Notes under the pieces: generated by a model
The model's database searches: none
Told to the model about the DNA's origin: nothing
What the model saw: only the letters and a program-made list of their open reading frames with translations
Assembly: GCA_043228905.1 (NCBI GenBank)
Contig: JBHGNT010000002.1
Location: forward strand, 5,828,001-5,892,000
Direction: 5' to 3'
Length of the DNA: 64,000 nt
Source: Azolla caroliniana
Lineage: Eukaryota; Plantae; Polypodiophyta
Position numbers and translations under genes: made by a program
Part shown: in pieces, positions 47,846 to 59,452 of the stretch
Numbering within the stretch: the stretch's first letter is position 1
Layout of the letters: every line of letters begins with the position of its first letter

Positions 47846-50800
47846 GGAAAAGAGAGAGAAAGAAAGAAAGAAGGAACGATATATTAACATCTTCTAAGGC
47901 CAAATTTGGCCCATGAGACAATTGGGTTACAACAAAAATGAGTGTTTATCCAATCATCAAAACTAAAATAAAAGAAAATAGCTTAAGCTAAGAAAGGTCT
48001 AGTAGTTTACAAAACTTTGCACTAAGCCTAATCTCATTTCCACCCAAGTCTCTCAAAAAGAAGTGGGAGGTCAAAAGTTTTTGGTGTGGGTGTGACCCAT
48101 GGAGTGGGTCAAAAGTTTTTGGTGTGGGTGTGGGTGTGCATAGAGTGCCCTAGCCATGGCTTCTAGGCGGTGTAGTTCACGTTCCCTTATTTTCTTTATT
48201 GCTTCTACATCTCGTCGAGTTGCTTTGAAACCCGACATCCGAGGGCGTTTGGTTCTTCTTTGATTTTCTGCTTTATCAAGGAAAAGTCTGAGTGGTGCAA
48301 GTGTGTCGACATTCATTGTCTCCCCCTGTTCTTGAAAAACTTCATTTGTTATATGTTGGTAAACATTAGCAACATTATTATCAACGTTTTGTAATTTATT
48401 CTCTCTGTGATTTTTCAATTCTAAGATGTATCTACCTAATTTCTTTATATCTAGTGTATCTAATAGTTTAGGGAGAGTGGGAGAGGAACCAAGTATGTCT
48501 TGGTATTTTGCCCTTATCTCGGCATAGGTGGGGCATTTGCATGTAAAATGGTACTCATCCTCTATCTCTATGTGGCATAACCTACATATCCTTTCCTCCC
48601 TAGGGACTCCATTAGTACGTCCATTCTCAATCTCAAGTTGGTGAGATGATATTCTAAGTTGACCAATGGCAAGCCTTAGTGCATGTGGTAAGAATACATC
48701 TAGATATTTTGGGCGCGTGATAAAACCTAACTCAGAGAAGTGCATAAAGTGCTCCTTATAGTACGACATTTTAGATGGGAGTGGCTCTAGTGGGGTGATC
48801 CATTTATACCGAGTATAAATTTTCCATATTTCTTGGCGTATTACTTTATTACGGTCCTCATGAGAGATTAAAGTGTTATCAGTCGTGTGGTCGTACTTAA
48901 GGGGGGGGAGGTTATTAATGTCTAGACTGTTGGCAAGAGCTAGTATAGCCGGACTCATACAGTGCTCGAGAAGCCTTAAAGGCTTGGTGGGATATTCTAT
49001 CAAGTGGTTGGTTATGTATCCTATGTATAAAGACTACCAGTTGAAAAAGTGCTTCTACTAACATAGGGGGTAGAGTGAACTCAGCCCTAATAATGTCATG
49101 TGGGACCGACGATTTGCTTCGGAGTTGGTGTGATAACATCATCACCAATGGTCTCTCTAATTGCGTCCACATGAAAGATGGTAGTCCTGGGGCCCAAACC
49201 GTTGATGCATACATGAGAGAGGGAGTCACTAATGAGTCAAAGAGCCACCCTTTAGTTCGTGGCTCTTGGAAGTATGCTTGGTGGCATTGTCTCTCGAGGA
49301 GTGAGAGGGATGCATGTCCTCTTGTAAGTCTATCCTTCGCTGCTTGTGTCATCGAAAATTTACCTGAGCGGGCACTGAAAGTGACTCCAAGATAGACATA
49401 TGATCCAACCACCTCAATTGGGCTATGGGAGATAGTTAGGTGACACTTAGCTCTAACTTGGGCCGACGTGTGGAAGATAAGGACTTTAGTTTTCCCTAGA
49501 TTCACTACCAATCCTCGTGTGCAAAAGTCATCTAAGGCATTAAGGTGCCTTTGTAGGTCGTGTTCGGATTCAGAGAGCAAAACTATGTCGTCTGCATAGA
49601 GCAAGATACGCACCTGCGTATCCCCAAGGACTACTCTGTTGCCTCCCTTACGAGCAATAAAATCTGTGATCTCATCAATGTAGATCCCAAAAAGAGTCGG
49701 AGATAAGGGGCAACCTTGTTTTACACCAATAGTGCTAGTGAAACTATCGGATATGCCGCCTGGGCATCGAACACACCCGGGCACTTGTTCATATAGTGCG
49801 TAGATGGCCCAAACCATGTCATCTGGTATCCTCAAGCTCTTAAGCCTATCAAACAACCGCTCTCTAGGGACCGTGTCAAAGGCTTTGCGGAAGTCCACAA
49901 AACAACAATATAGTTTCTTCTTGCGAGCCTTAGTCTAGTCAATTAAGCATCTAAGTGTGAAGATATGGTCAATAGTGGAGAAAGCTCGTCTAAAGCCAGC
50001 CTGTTGAGGTGCACGAAGATTTAAGGTCTCCATATACTCGCTAAGCTCTGCCTCCATTACTGCACCATATAATTTAGCAAGGGTATGACCTATCGTAATG
50101 GTCCTATAAGTATTTGGGTCCATGGGGCTCCCCCCTTTATGTATGGGGGCCACTGTGTTCATGGTCCATTGTGGTGGAAAACCCTCTGCGAGGGCACGAT
50201 TGAAGATTAAAGTTAGCAAGGGAGCTAGGCACTCTCTCGCGTATATGATGTGTTTCGCTCGCAATCCTGTGTGGTCCATGGACTTCCTATGTTGTAATTT
50301 CTTTATGACCTTCGTGACCCTAGAGGTCGTGAAGAGTGTCCCCACAGTAGGTCGGGGTGTAGAAGGCATTGGAATGGGTGGTTGGTTTGGGATTTGGTAA
50401 AGTCTCTCTGTATAAGTGTGCCAAGTTTCGGGATCTTCGATGGGTGTTTGTGGTCTTGGTTCCCGTAATCTCTTCCATGTAGTGGCACAATCGCTACTCA
50501 TGAGCATGTGGTAGAGTTCCCAATATTGGGATGCCTCCCATGCTCGTCTCTTACGACGTGTCATCTTCTACATTTCTTTATGAGCTTGTACTGAGGTAAT
50601 ACTACCACTGAGTTGCGATATTGTAATTTATCGATGTAAGCACCTACAATCCTCATCATACTATCTATTTTATGGCATAGATCCTACTTTACCTTGATTG
50701 GAGTGTTTCGTGTATGGGAAACTGCTAACTGCTGCAGAGTGAAGGATGTGTGTGAGTTTCATACTAAGGCTCTCTAAAGGTAGGGAGGGATCAAGGGAGG

Positions 50801-52200
50801 AGAGATGGGCTTGAACATGTCGAGCATATATGTCAAAGAGCTCATGTGTGAAATGTATTGTGATGTCATGGCGTGGTTGACTAGAGTTGGTGACGTTAGA
50901 GATATCGCATTTTATCTCGAAGTATAAGAAACTATGGTCCGCGCCAATAGGACATGGGGCCACTCGGAAGGAGTTAATCATGTGGGTAGCTTCAGGGCGT
51001 CCTATTAGATAATCAACTGTCCTTTCCCCTCCTCCATGTGGGAAACATGTGAGCTCTTCCGAACCTGGCCACTTGGCTAAACCATTATATATGACCATCT
51101 GGTGCCGACTACTGAGTTCGAGCAAATGATGGCCAAATCTTGTGGCGTCTGCACCTTGATCCTTTGATCTACGTGTGGTGTCTATGTCTAAAGGATCGAC
51201 ATTTACCATTTCTAGGTTTCTATTCATTTGAAATATTGTGCATCGTCGGGATTGGGTTCTCGCATTAAAGTCTCCTACAAGGAATACTTCTCCTTGGGAA
51301 GAATATCGAATTATGTCATCCGATAGACGTTCATATGGGGAAGGCCCATGTGGCACTCCATCATCAACTAATCTCGCCTCGCCAGCCAGATTATAACGAG
51401 AGCCTTTCGGGGGAAAGTAACAAATGGCGAAAATTACCGCCTTGTCCTTGCTTGTGGAGACTTTCACCCACATAAAACGAGCTTCTGGGTCTGTGCTCAA
51501 TATTTCTATCCTATTATGTAGCTCCCTCCGAAACAATATTGTGACACCTCCAGATCCCCTGGTAGTGCATCGACGTGAGGTTTGTCTAAAAGCCGACTCC
51601 CAACGAAATCCTTCGACTCGTGGGAGTCCCCTATTTGGGCTTTGGTGTGTTTCTACTAGGCAAACTATATCTGATTCCTTTAATATCCCCTCTAGGCAAC
51701 CGGGGTGTGTCCAGAGTGCGTCGTTACAATTCCATAAGGTCATCCTAAGTGTGTTTTCTGTCACATGGGCCACACGCCGTCAATTAGTAGTGCAATCATT
51801 TATGATCACTCGCCCATCTCGATAAAAGGCGCGATGCCTGTCTTTACGAGCTTGCATAACCTTTGGCATACAACTCTTGCAATGCTCAATTTGCATCTTG
51901 GTGAGGTCTTCATCGAGATAGATAGGGTCCCCACCCAATCCTCGAAGAATTGGTCTCTTCTTAAAGAAAGTGATTCTAGAGTCTAAGTCTTTAAATTGAA
52001 GAACTAAGGCTCTCTTCCTAGTTGTGTTGCGTCCGGCCCTCCAAGCTTTGGCGATAGGTAGGGTCTTTGTGTACCCTAACATTTTCCTGAGTGTTTGTGC
52101 ATCCTCGTCCGGGGATGCACCTTCCTTGAGCCTAGTGACACGCACATTTAGGCGTCAGGCCTGACGCATTTTCTCCTCTTCGAGGGTGGTATTAACAATA
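47846..52200 (-). mobile_element. Non-LTR retrotransposon, RTEX-like LINE (ORF1 + APE-RT ORF2); microsatellite tail continues at ~44040-44074
   Basis: ORF1 51780-52145 (IYLDEDLT); APE 50670-51773 (LVGDFNART, GADH); RT (GVKQGCPLSP, LLYADD); C-terminal LRISSHQLEIENGR...ICRLC...HFTCKCP; disrupted by stops and a frameshift. Confidence 0.88.
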
Positions 52201-52239
52201 TTTTCATCCTTTATTTCTTTTTTAATGTTTCTTTTAACC

Positions 52240-52562
52240 ACTTATGAACAACACAAGATGGGGGATGAGTAACTATGTTAAATTAGCATTATCATTATCA
52301 TCATCAAATACAAAAATACCTACAATGAGGTATATATAGATTTCATGTGCAAGGGTGCACATGTGTGACGATAATATAGGTACAAAAGTGTAAGTCCTAT
52401 ATTAAATGTACTTAGGAGTGGAGTATCTAGAATATCCCACTTAAGTACAAGGTCCTATTTAAGGCATTATAGTCAACACTTCTAACTAGATTCTATCTAG
52501 GTAACTACGAAATTACATGGTTGACTAAATAACTAACTCTAGTTGAGCTTGATCTCTCAACA
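52240..52562 (-). repeat. Copia LTR-like fragment
   Basis: Ends GTTGAGCTTGATCTCTCAACA, similar to A-family LTR termini. Confidence 0.45.
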
Positions 52563-55500
52563 CTTCTTCAACACTCGGATCTTCGTATGGTCCCGTCCGA
52601 CAATCAACATGTCATCCACGTATGACAGGAGGATGAGGAAATCTCCTCTGTAGAATTTCTTCACAAATACGCAATGCTCGGCCTGCGTTTTGTGGTACCC
52701 GTTGTCAGTCATGAAGGATTCGAATTTTCGGTACCATTGCCAAGGTGCTTGCTTCAGCCCGTACATGCTCTTCCTTAATCAACACACTAGGTTCTCTCTA
52801 CCTTTCTCCATAAATCCTTCTGGCTAGTGCATATAGATCTCCTCTTCGAGATCATCGTACAGAAACGTCGTTTTCACATCTAGTTGTTTGACTTCGAGAT
52901 CCATGCTGGCCGCGATGCTCAACTCGGTTTGGATTTACGTCATCTTTACAACCGGTGCAAATATTTCATCGAAATTGACACCCTTCTTCTGCTAAAAGCC
53001 TTTCACGATGATTCGTGGTTTGTACCTGGGTGGATTCCTACCATCTCCCGGTATCAACTTGTATACCCATTTATTCTAAAGTGCCTTCTTTCCTCTTGGC
53101 AATTTGGTCAGTTTATATGTTGTTGGGAACTACAACGTCCCTTATGCGCAACACTCGGCCACAACCGAGCTTAGATTCATACACAGAAAACGGGAAATGA
53201 AACGCACGACACAAAGAAGAGACGAGTGCACACGATGTTTACGTGGAAAGCCCAAAGAGGGAAAAACCACGGTAGCCCACAGGCTGCAAACTATCACTAT
53301 GCTAGAATGTATAACAGTGAGTTCACGGAGCCAACGACCTCGTGCTCACGATCCTCGCCACAGACGGCGGTTACAACAGAGGTAACGACCTCTTTCTCTT
53401 TCTCTCTCTCTGTACACAGTTACGCGCTCTATCTCCTTCCACCAACAAGAAAATGACAACAACTAACAGTTACCTAAAGGTTTGCCCTAAGTCATATTTA
53501 TACTAATATGAATTTTTGGCTATTTACAAATATAGCCACGATGGACTCTCAGAAACATATTAACAAATATGTTTCTTCATCCGGAGAGCGCTCCTCACCG
53601 GGCCTGCATCATTCGGATCTTGTCGGGCACTCGTCATCCGGTGCTCACCGGGTCTGCACCATCCGGCTCTTCGTAGCCGGGTACTCCTCATCCGGTTCTC
53701 ACCGGGTCTGCACCATCCGGCTCTCCGTAGCCAGGTACTCATCGTCCGGTTTCCCATCCGGAGGGACCTGTCTCCCATCAAACTCCCCCTTCACTCCGGC
53801 ATGGGGTGTCTTACTAGACCGATCCTCTTCCGGCATGCATCCAGCTTGTCGGGTATCAGCACTTTGGTCAGCATATCTGACCTGTTCTCGGCCGTGTGGA
53901 TCTTCGTTAGTGCGAACTCCTGGTCATCTACTCTTTCCCGGATCCAGTGATATCTTCGTTGGATATGCTTCGTCCGGGAATGGTAGGCCGCATTCTTAGC
54001 AAGGTGGATGGCACTTTGATCGTCGCAATAGAGCCGGTATTCATCTTGCTGGATACCGAGCTCTCCGATGAAGTCCTTCATCCATAATATTTCCTTATCG
54101 GCTTCCACAGTCGCCATGTACTCCGCCTCTGTGGTTGACAACGCAACCATCTTCTGCAGCGTCGACTGCCATGAAACAACTCCCCTTGCATATGTCATTA
54201 CATACCCGGATGTAGACCGGCTGGTATCCACATCAGCCGACATGTCCGAATCGGTGAAACCGTCAAGTTGAAGTTTTCCGGAGCCGAATCGGAGACACAT
54301 ATTTGAAGTGCCCTTCAAATACCGGAGTATCCATTTGACCGCGTGCCAATGCTCCTTGCCGGGACTGCTCATAAACCGGCTCACCACTCCGACTGCGTAT
54401 CCTATATCCGGTCGGGTACACACCATTGCGTACATCAAGATCCCGACTGCAGAGCCATATGGAATCTTCATCATATCCGCCTTCTCTGCTTTCATCTTCG
54501 GGCTTTGCTTACCGAATAGCCTGCAGTTTGCCGGAAGTGTTGATCCGACCGGTTTCGCATATGACATGTTGAACCGGTGAAGCACCTTTGTCACATACTT
54601 CTCCTGTGATAGCCATAGTTGCTTCCCTGAACGGTTCCGGATAATATGCATCCCCAACATCTGTCTTGCCGGACCCAAGTCTTTCTTTGAGAAGGTTCGG
54701 TCGAGAGCCTTCTTCAGCATTCGTATTTTGACTTGGTTCCGTCTGCCGATCAACATGTCGTCCACGTACAGAAAGAGTATCAGGAATTCGCCTCCTTCGA
54801 ATTTCTTCACAACCACGCAATGATCAGCTGCGTGTTGTGGTATCCTTGATCGGTCAAAAAGGAGTCCAACTTCCAGTACCATTGTCGGGGAGCCTGCTTC
54901 ACTCCTTACAGGCTCTTGTTCAATTGGCATACCAAGTGCTCCTTCCCTTTCTCCACGAATCCTTCTGGTTGCTGCATGTAGATCTCCTCTTCGAGGTCGC
55001 CGTGAAGGAATTTCGTCTTCACATCCATGCTTGCTGCTATACTCAGCACCGTCCGGATGGAGGTCATCTTTACTACCAGGGCAAATATATCGTTGAAGTC
55101 CACGCCCTTCTTTTGCTAGAACCCCTTCACCACTATCCTGGCTTTGTATCTCGGGGGGTTGCCGACATCTCCCGGTTTCAACTTGTACACCCACTTGTTT
55201 CGGAGTGCCCGCTTTCCTTTCAGCAACTCCACCAATTCGTACATATAGTTCTCATGCAGGGAATCCATCTCGTCCTGCATGGCACTTAACCATTTTCGGC
55301 TGTTGGTGTCATCCTTCGCTTCTTCGAAGCTTTCCAGCTCCCCCTCATCGGTCAACAGAACATGCTCGGCATCCGGAAATCTCCGGGGGGCCCTTCTCTC
55401 TCTAAGAGGATATCTCCGTCTTCGTGTTTCGGTAACCGGCTCCTCCATTTGCTCTTCATCCGAATCTGTTTCGGGGTCTTGGCCGGTTCCGGTTTCAGCT

Positions 55501-58205
55501 TCCTCTACTTCTTCTTCTACCGGTCTGGTATCCTCACCGTAACCGGCTGGCTCCTCGAGTGTTAACCGGTCTCTTGCCGGTTGGGTCTGCTCATTGTAGA
55601 GTCGATCCTTACCGGTCGACTCGGAGTTCATTATCTTCTTCTCCGACTCCCAGTCGGCGAGCGTCTTGTCCTCCATGAAGATAATATCTCAAGTCCGGAA
55701 TACCTTCTTGTCGACCGGGTCCCACACTCGGTAGCCGAACTCATCGTCGCCGTAACCGAGGAATATGCATGGTCGGGTCTTTGGATCTAACTTTCCTCTC
55801 TGGTCCTTAGCTACATGCACGTACGCGAGACACCCGAATACCTTAAGATGCTGGTAGGACACTTCCTTACCGGTCCAGACTCTCTGTGGCGTGTCTCCAT
55901 CCAAGGGTATTGAGGGTGATCTGTTTATCACGTATGTCGCTGGTGACAGTTCCTCAGCCCAAAACTTCTTGGGTAGTTTTGCATGCGCTAGCATACTCCG
56001 GACCCTCTCCATTATGGTCCGGTTCATCCTCTCAGCCAACCCGTTTAGTTCCGGCATCTTCGGCACGGTAAATTCGAGCCGGATTCCCTTCGAGCGGCAG
56101 TACTCCTTGAACTGCCCCCGGTATTCTCCTCCGTTATCTGCTCGAATTGCCTTCAGCTTCCGGCCGGCATGTGACTTCGTGTCTACATGACACACATCCG
56201 TATGCACCAATTCCAGTGGTGCATTACGTCTCATCGGTGGCCTTGGTCGTAGGAGGTCCGATTTTGCTTACCGGCCAGACAATCAGTGCACTTCTCCAAG
56301 TGCACGTTCTTCACTGGAATGAGGTTGTCGTCTGCAAGCCTCTTCATCCCCTTCTTGCTCATATGACACAGCCTCTTGTGCCATAGCTCACCAGCAGTGT
56401 CGAATGCAACGTTCACTTCTTCCGGACATAATCGGGCATTCATCAAGTACAATGTGTTGACCTTCTAGGCCCGAGCAACAATCAGGATCCCTTTGCTGAA
56501 CTTCATGAAACCATTCCGGATGCTACCCGTTTAGCCTTCATCATCTAGCCGACCGGCTGATACCAGGTTCTTACGAACCTCCGGAACGTGTCGGACATCC
56601 TTCAGCTGCAACTTGCATCCGGTTGGTGTTGTCAGCCACATGTCTCCTATGCCGACAATTCGGCATGTGCCTTCATTCCCCATCCGGACACAGCCGTGAT
56701 GACCGACTGAGTAGGATGAGAAGCATTTCTGGTTCGGGGTAAGGTGGAATGACGCTCCGGAGTCGACTACCCAGGTCATCTCATCGCCGGCAAGGTTTAT
56801 CTCACTCTCCTCGGTGATGAGCATCAACTCTTCTTCACTTGTTGCGATTGCCATCGTCCCCTTCCGGTCCAGCACCCTCCGGTCTTTACCGTTCCGGTCC
56901 GGTATCCACTTCGAATCGGTACCGTTGGTTTCCTTGTCTTTTCGGAAATGCCGACAGTTCTTTTGGAAGTGTCCCGGCTTGCCACAATAGAAGCAAGTAG
57001 GCCTTCTTCTTGACTTTGACCGTGTCCCCGACTACGGTTTCTATGTCTTCCGCGTTCCTATTCGGTAAGGAGGGCTTTAGAGTCAGGGCTCGTATCTTTG
57101 TCTTTCTGACGCGCCTCCTCATCTAGCAAGCTCGACTTTACTCCTGCTAGGGATAACCACTTTCCTTCTGGCCCGGCGTTGCCCAAAGTGACAACCAATG
57201 TCTCCCAGGTATCCAGGAGGGAACCGAGTAGGAGTAGCGCAAGTACCTCATCGGTGAGAGGTACTTCCAATGAAGTTGCCTGGTGGATCAGCACCTGGAA
57301 GGCATTCATGTGCTCCGCCATACTGGAGCCATCTTGGTACCGAAGTCTTTGAAACCTCATTGACAACATTTTTGGTTTGAAACATTATGCCGATCTTCTC
57401 CCAGAGCTCATGAGGCTTGCTCTCTTCCTTGATGTTGTTGTATAGGCTCATGTCGATGAAGCACCGTATGTAAGCCGTTGTCTTGATGTGCATCACCTCC
57501 CATACCGTGGCATAGATTTTGTCCAGTCTCTTGTCCCCAAACTGAACCGGCAACCAAAGATCTTTAACCACGAGCATGTCCCTCATCTTCGACTTCCATA
57601 CCGAATAGTTGGAGCTGTTGAGCTTGAACATGCCGCCAAGGAAATGAAACACATGACACAAAGAAGAGATGAGTGCACAGGATGTTTACGTGGAAAGCCC
57701 AAAGAGTGAAATACCACGACAGCCCACAGGCTGCAAACTATCACTATGCTAGAATGTACAACAATGAGTTCGTCGAATATTTCATCGAAATTGACACCCT
57801 TCTTTTGTTAAAAGCCTTTCACGAAGATTCGTGGTTTGTACCTGGGTGGATTCCTGCCATCTCCCGGTATCAACTTGTATACCCATTTATTCTGAAGTGC
57901 CTTCTTTCCTCTCGGCAATTTGGTCAGTTTATATGTTGTTGGGAACTACAACGTTCCTTATGCGCAACACTCGGCCACAACTGAGCTTAGATTCATACAC
58001 AAAAAACGGGAAATGAAATGCACGACACAAAGAAGAGACGAGTGCACAAGATGTTTACGTGGAAAGCCCAAAGAGGGAAAAATTCACGGCAGCCCACAGG
58101 CTGCAAACTATCACTATGCTAGAATGTACAACAGTGAGTTCACGGAGGCAACGACCTCGTGCTCACGATCCTCGCCACAGGCGGTGGTTACAATAGAGGC
58201 AACAA

Positions 58206-58237
<32 letters not shown>

Positions 58238-59452
58238 CACAGTTACGCGCTCTATCTCCTTCCACCAACAAGAAAATGACAACAACTAACAGTTACCTAA
58301 AGGTTTGCCCTAAGTCATATTTATACTAATATAACTTTACGGCTCCCCCTCATCGGTTAGCAGTACACGCTCTTCATCCGGAAATGTTGGGGTGGGGGGG
58401 ACTCTTTTCTCTTAGGGGGTTTATCTTTGGCCTCTATTCGGCACGGTCGATTCTTCTTCAACTTCTTCGGCTGAGTCAAATTTGGTTCCTTGTTCAGCCA
58501 TTTCCCCTCGTTCTTCAATCAGTTCTCAATCTAAATTGTCGGATTGGCTCATATTCGATTTCAATCTAATCAGCTTCTACTCGATTCGGCCGAGTGTCGA
58601 CTCGGTTCGATTCGGTAGTTGGAATCTTATTCTCAATCTCACAGTCGACTATTGTCTTTTCCTCCATGATGACAATGTCACGGCTCGTAATCACTTTCTT
58701 CTTAGCTATGTCCCATAGCCGATAGTCAAATTCATCATTATCGTAGCCGAGAAATATACTTTACTGAGATTTCGGGTCTAATTTTCCCCTTTGGTCTTTT
58801 GCAACATTCACATAGGCAAGACAACCGAACACCCTCAGATGTCAGTACGAAATGTCTTTGCCACTCCACACGCTTTGTGGGATATCATCGTCCAAGTGTA
58901 CTGAGGGTGATCAATTTATCACGTACGCTGCCGTCGTTAGTGCGTTAGCCCAAAACATCGTCGGTAACTTAGCATGTGCAAACATACTTCGGACCCTTTC
59001 CATTACAGTCTGGTTCATTATCTCGGCCAACCCATTAAGCTTTGGCGTCTTCGGCATGTTATACTCAAGCCAGATTCCTTGATTTCAGCAATATTCCTCG
59101 AATGGTCCACGATACTCTCCGCCATTGTCTACTCGGATTACCTTCAGTTTTTGTCTGGTTTCTCTCTCAGCCCTCGCTTGGAACTCTTTGAAGACGGATA
59201 ATGCTCTATCCTTCGTCTTCAGCACGGAAGCCCACAACTTCCGGCTACAGTCATCAATGAAGGTCACGAAATACTGTGAACTACCATGCGACTCCGTGTC
59301 CACATAACATACTTCCGTATGCACGAGGTCCAGCGGCATTTTCTTCCTCATTGGGGGCCTAGATGGGAAGAATGTTCGATTCTGCTTGCCAGCCAAGCAA
59401 TCAGTGCACTTCTCAAGTTGCACGTTCTTAACGTCCGAAATGAGGTTGTCCT
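52563..59452 (-). mobile_element. Copia IN-RT fragment, host of element I
   Basis: RT 52563-53120 (YGLKQAP, YVDDM); IN 58340-59452 (FIDDCSRK, RVDNGGEY). Confidence 0.75.
53121..58343 (-). mobile_element. Copia element I (D-related), 3' LTR 53121-53780, rearranged 5' end
   Basis: gag 56886-57640; PR VVDSGASFH; IN 55689-56452; RT/RH 53791-55676; PPT at 53781-53790; LTR pieces at 57641-57772 and 57937-58343. Confidence 0.88.

Noticed and set aside
30604-52562. A single giant copia bounded by LTRs at 30604 and 52562
   Set aside because: The two LTR-like sequences match only at their ends, and the flanks are neither contiguous nor duplicated.
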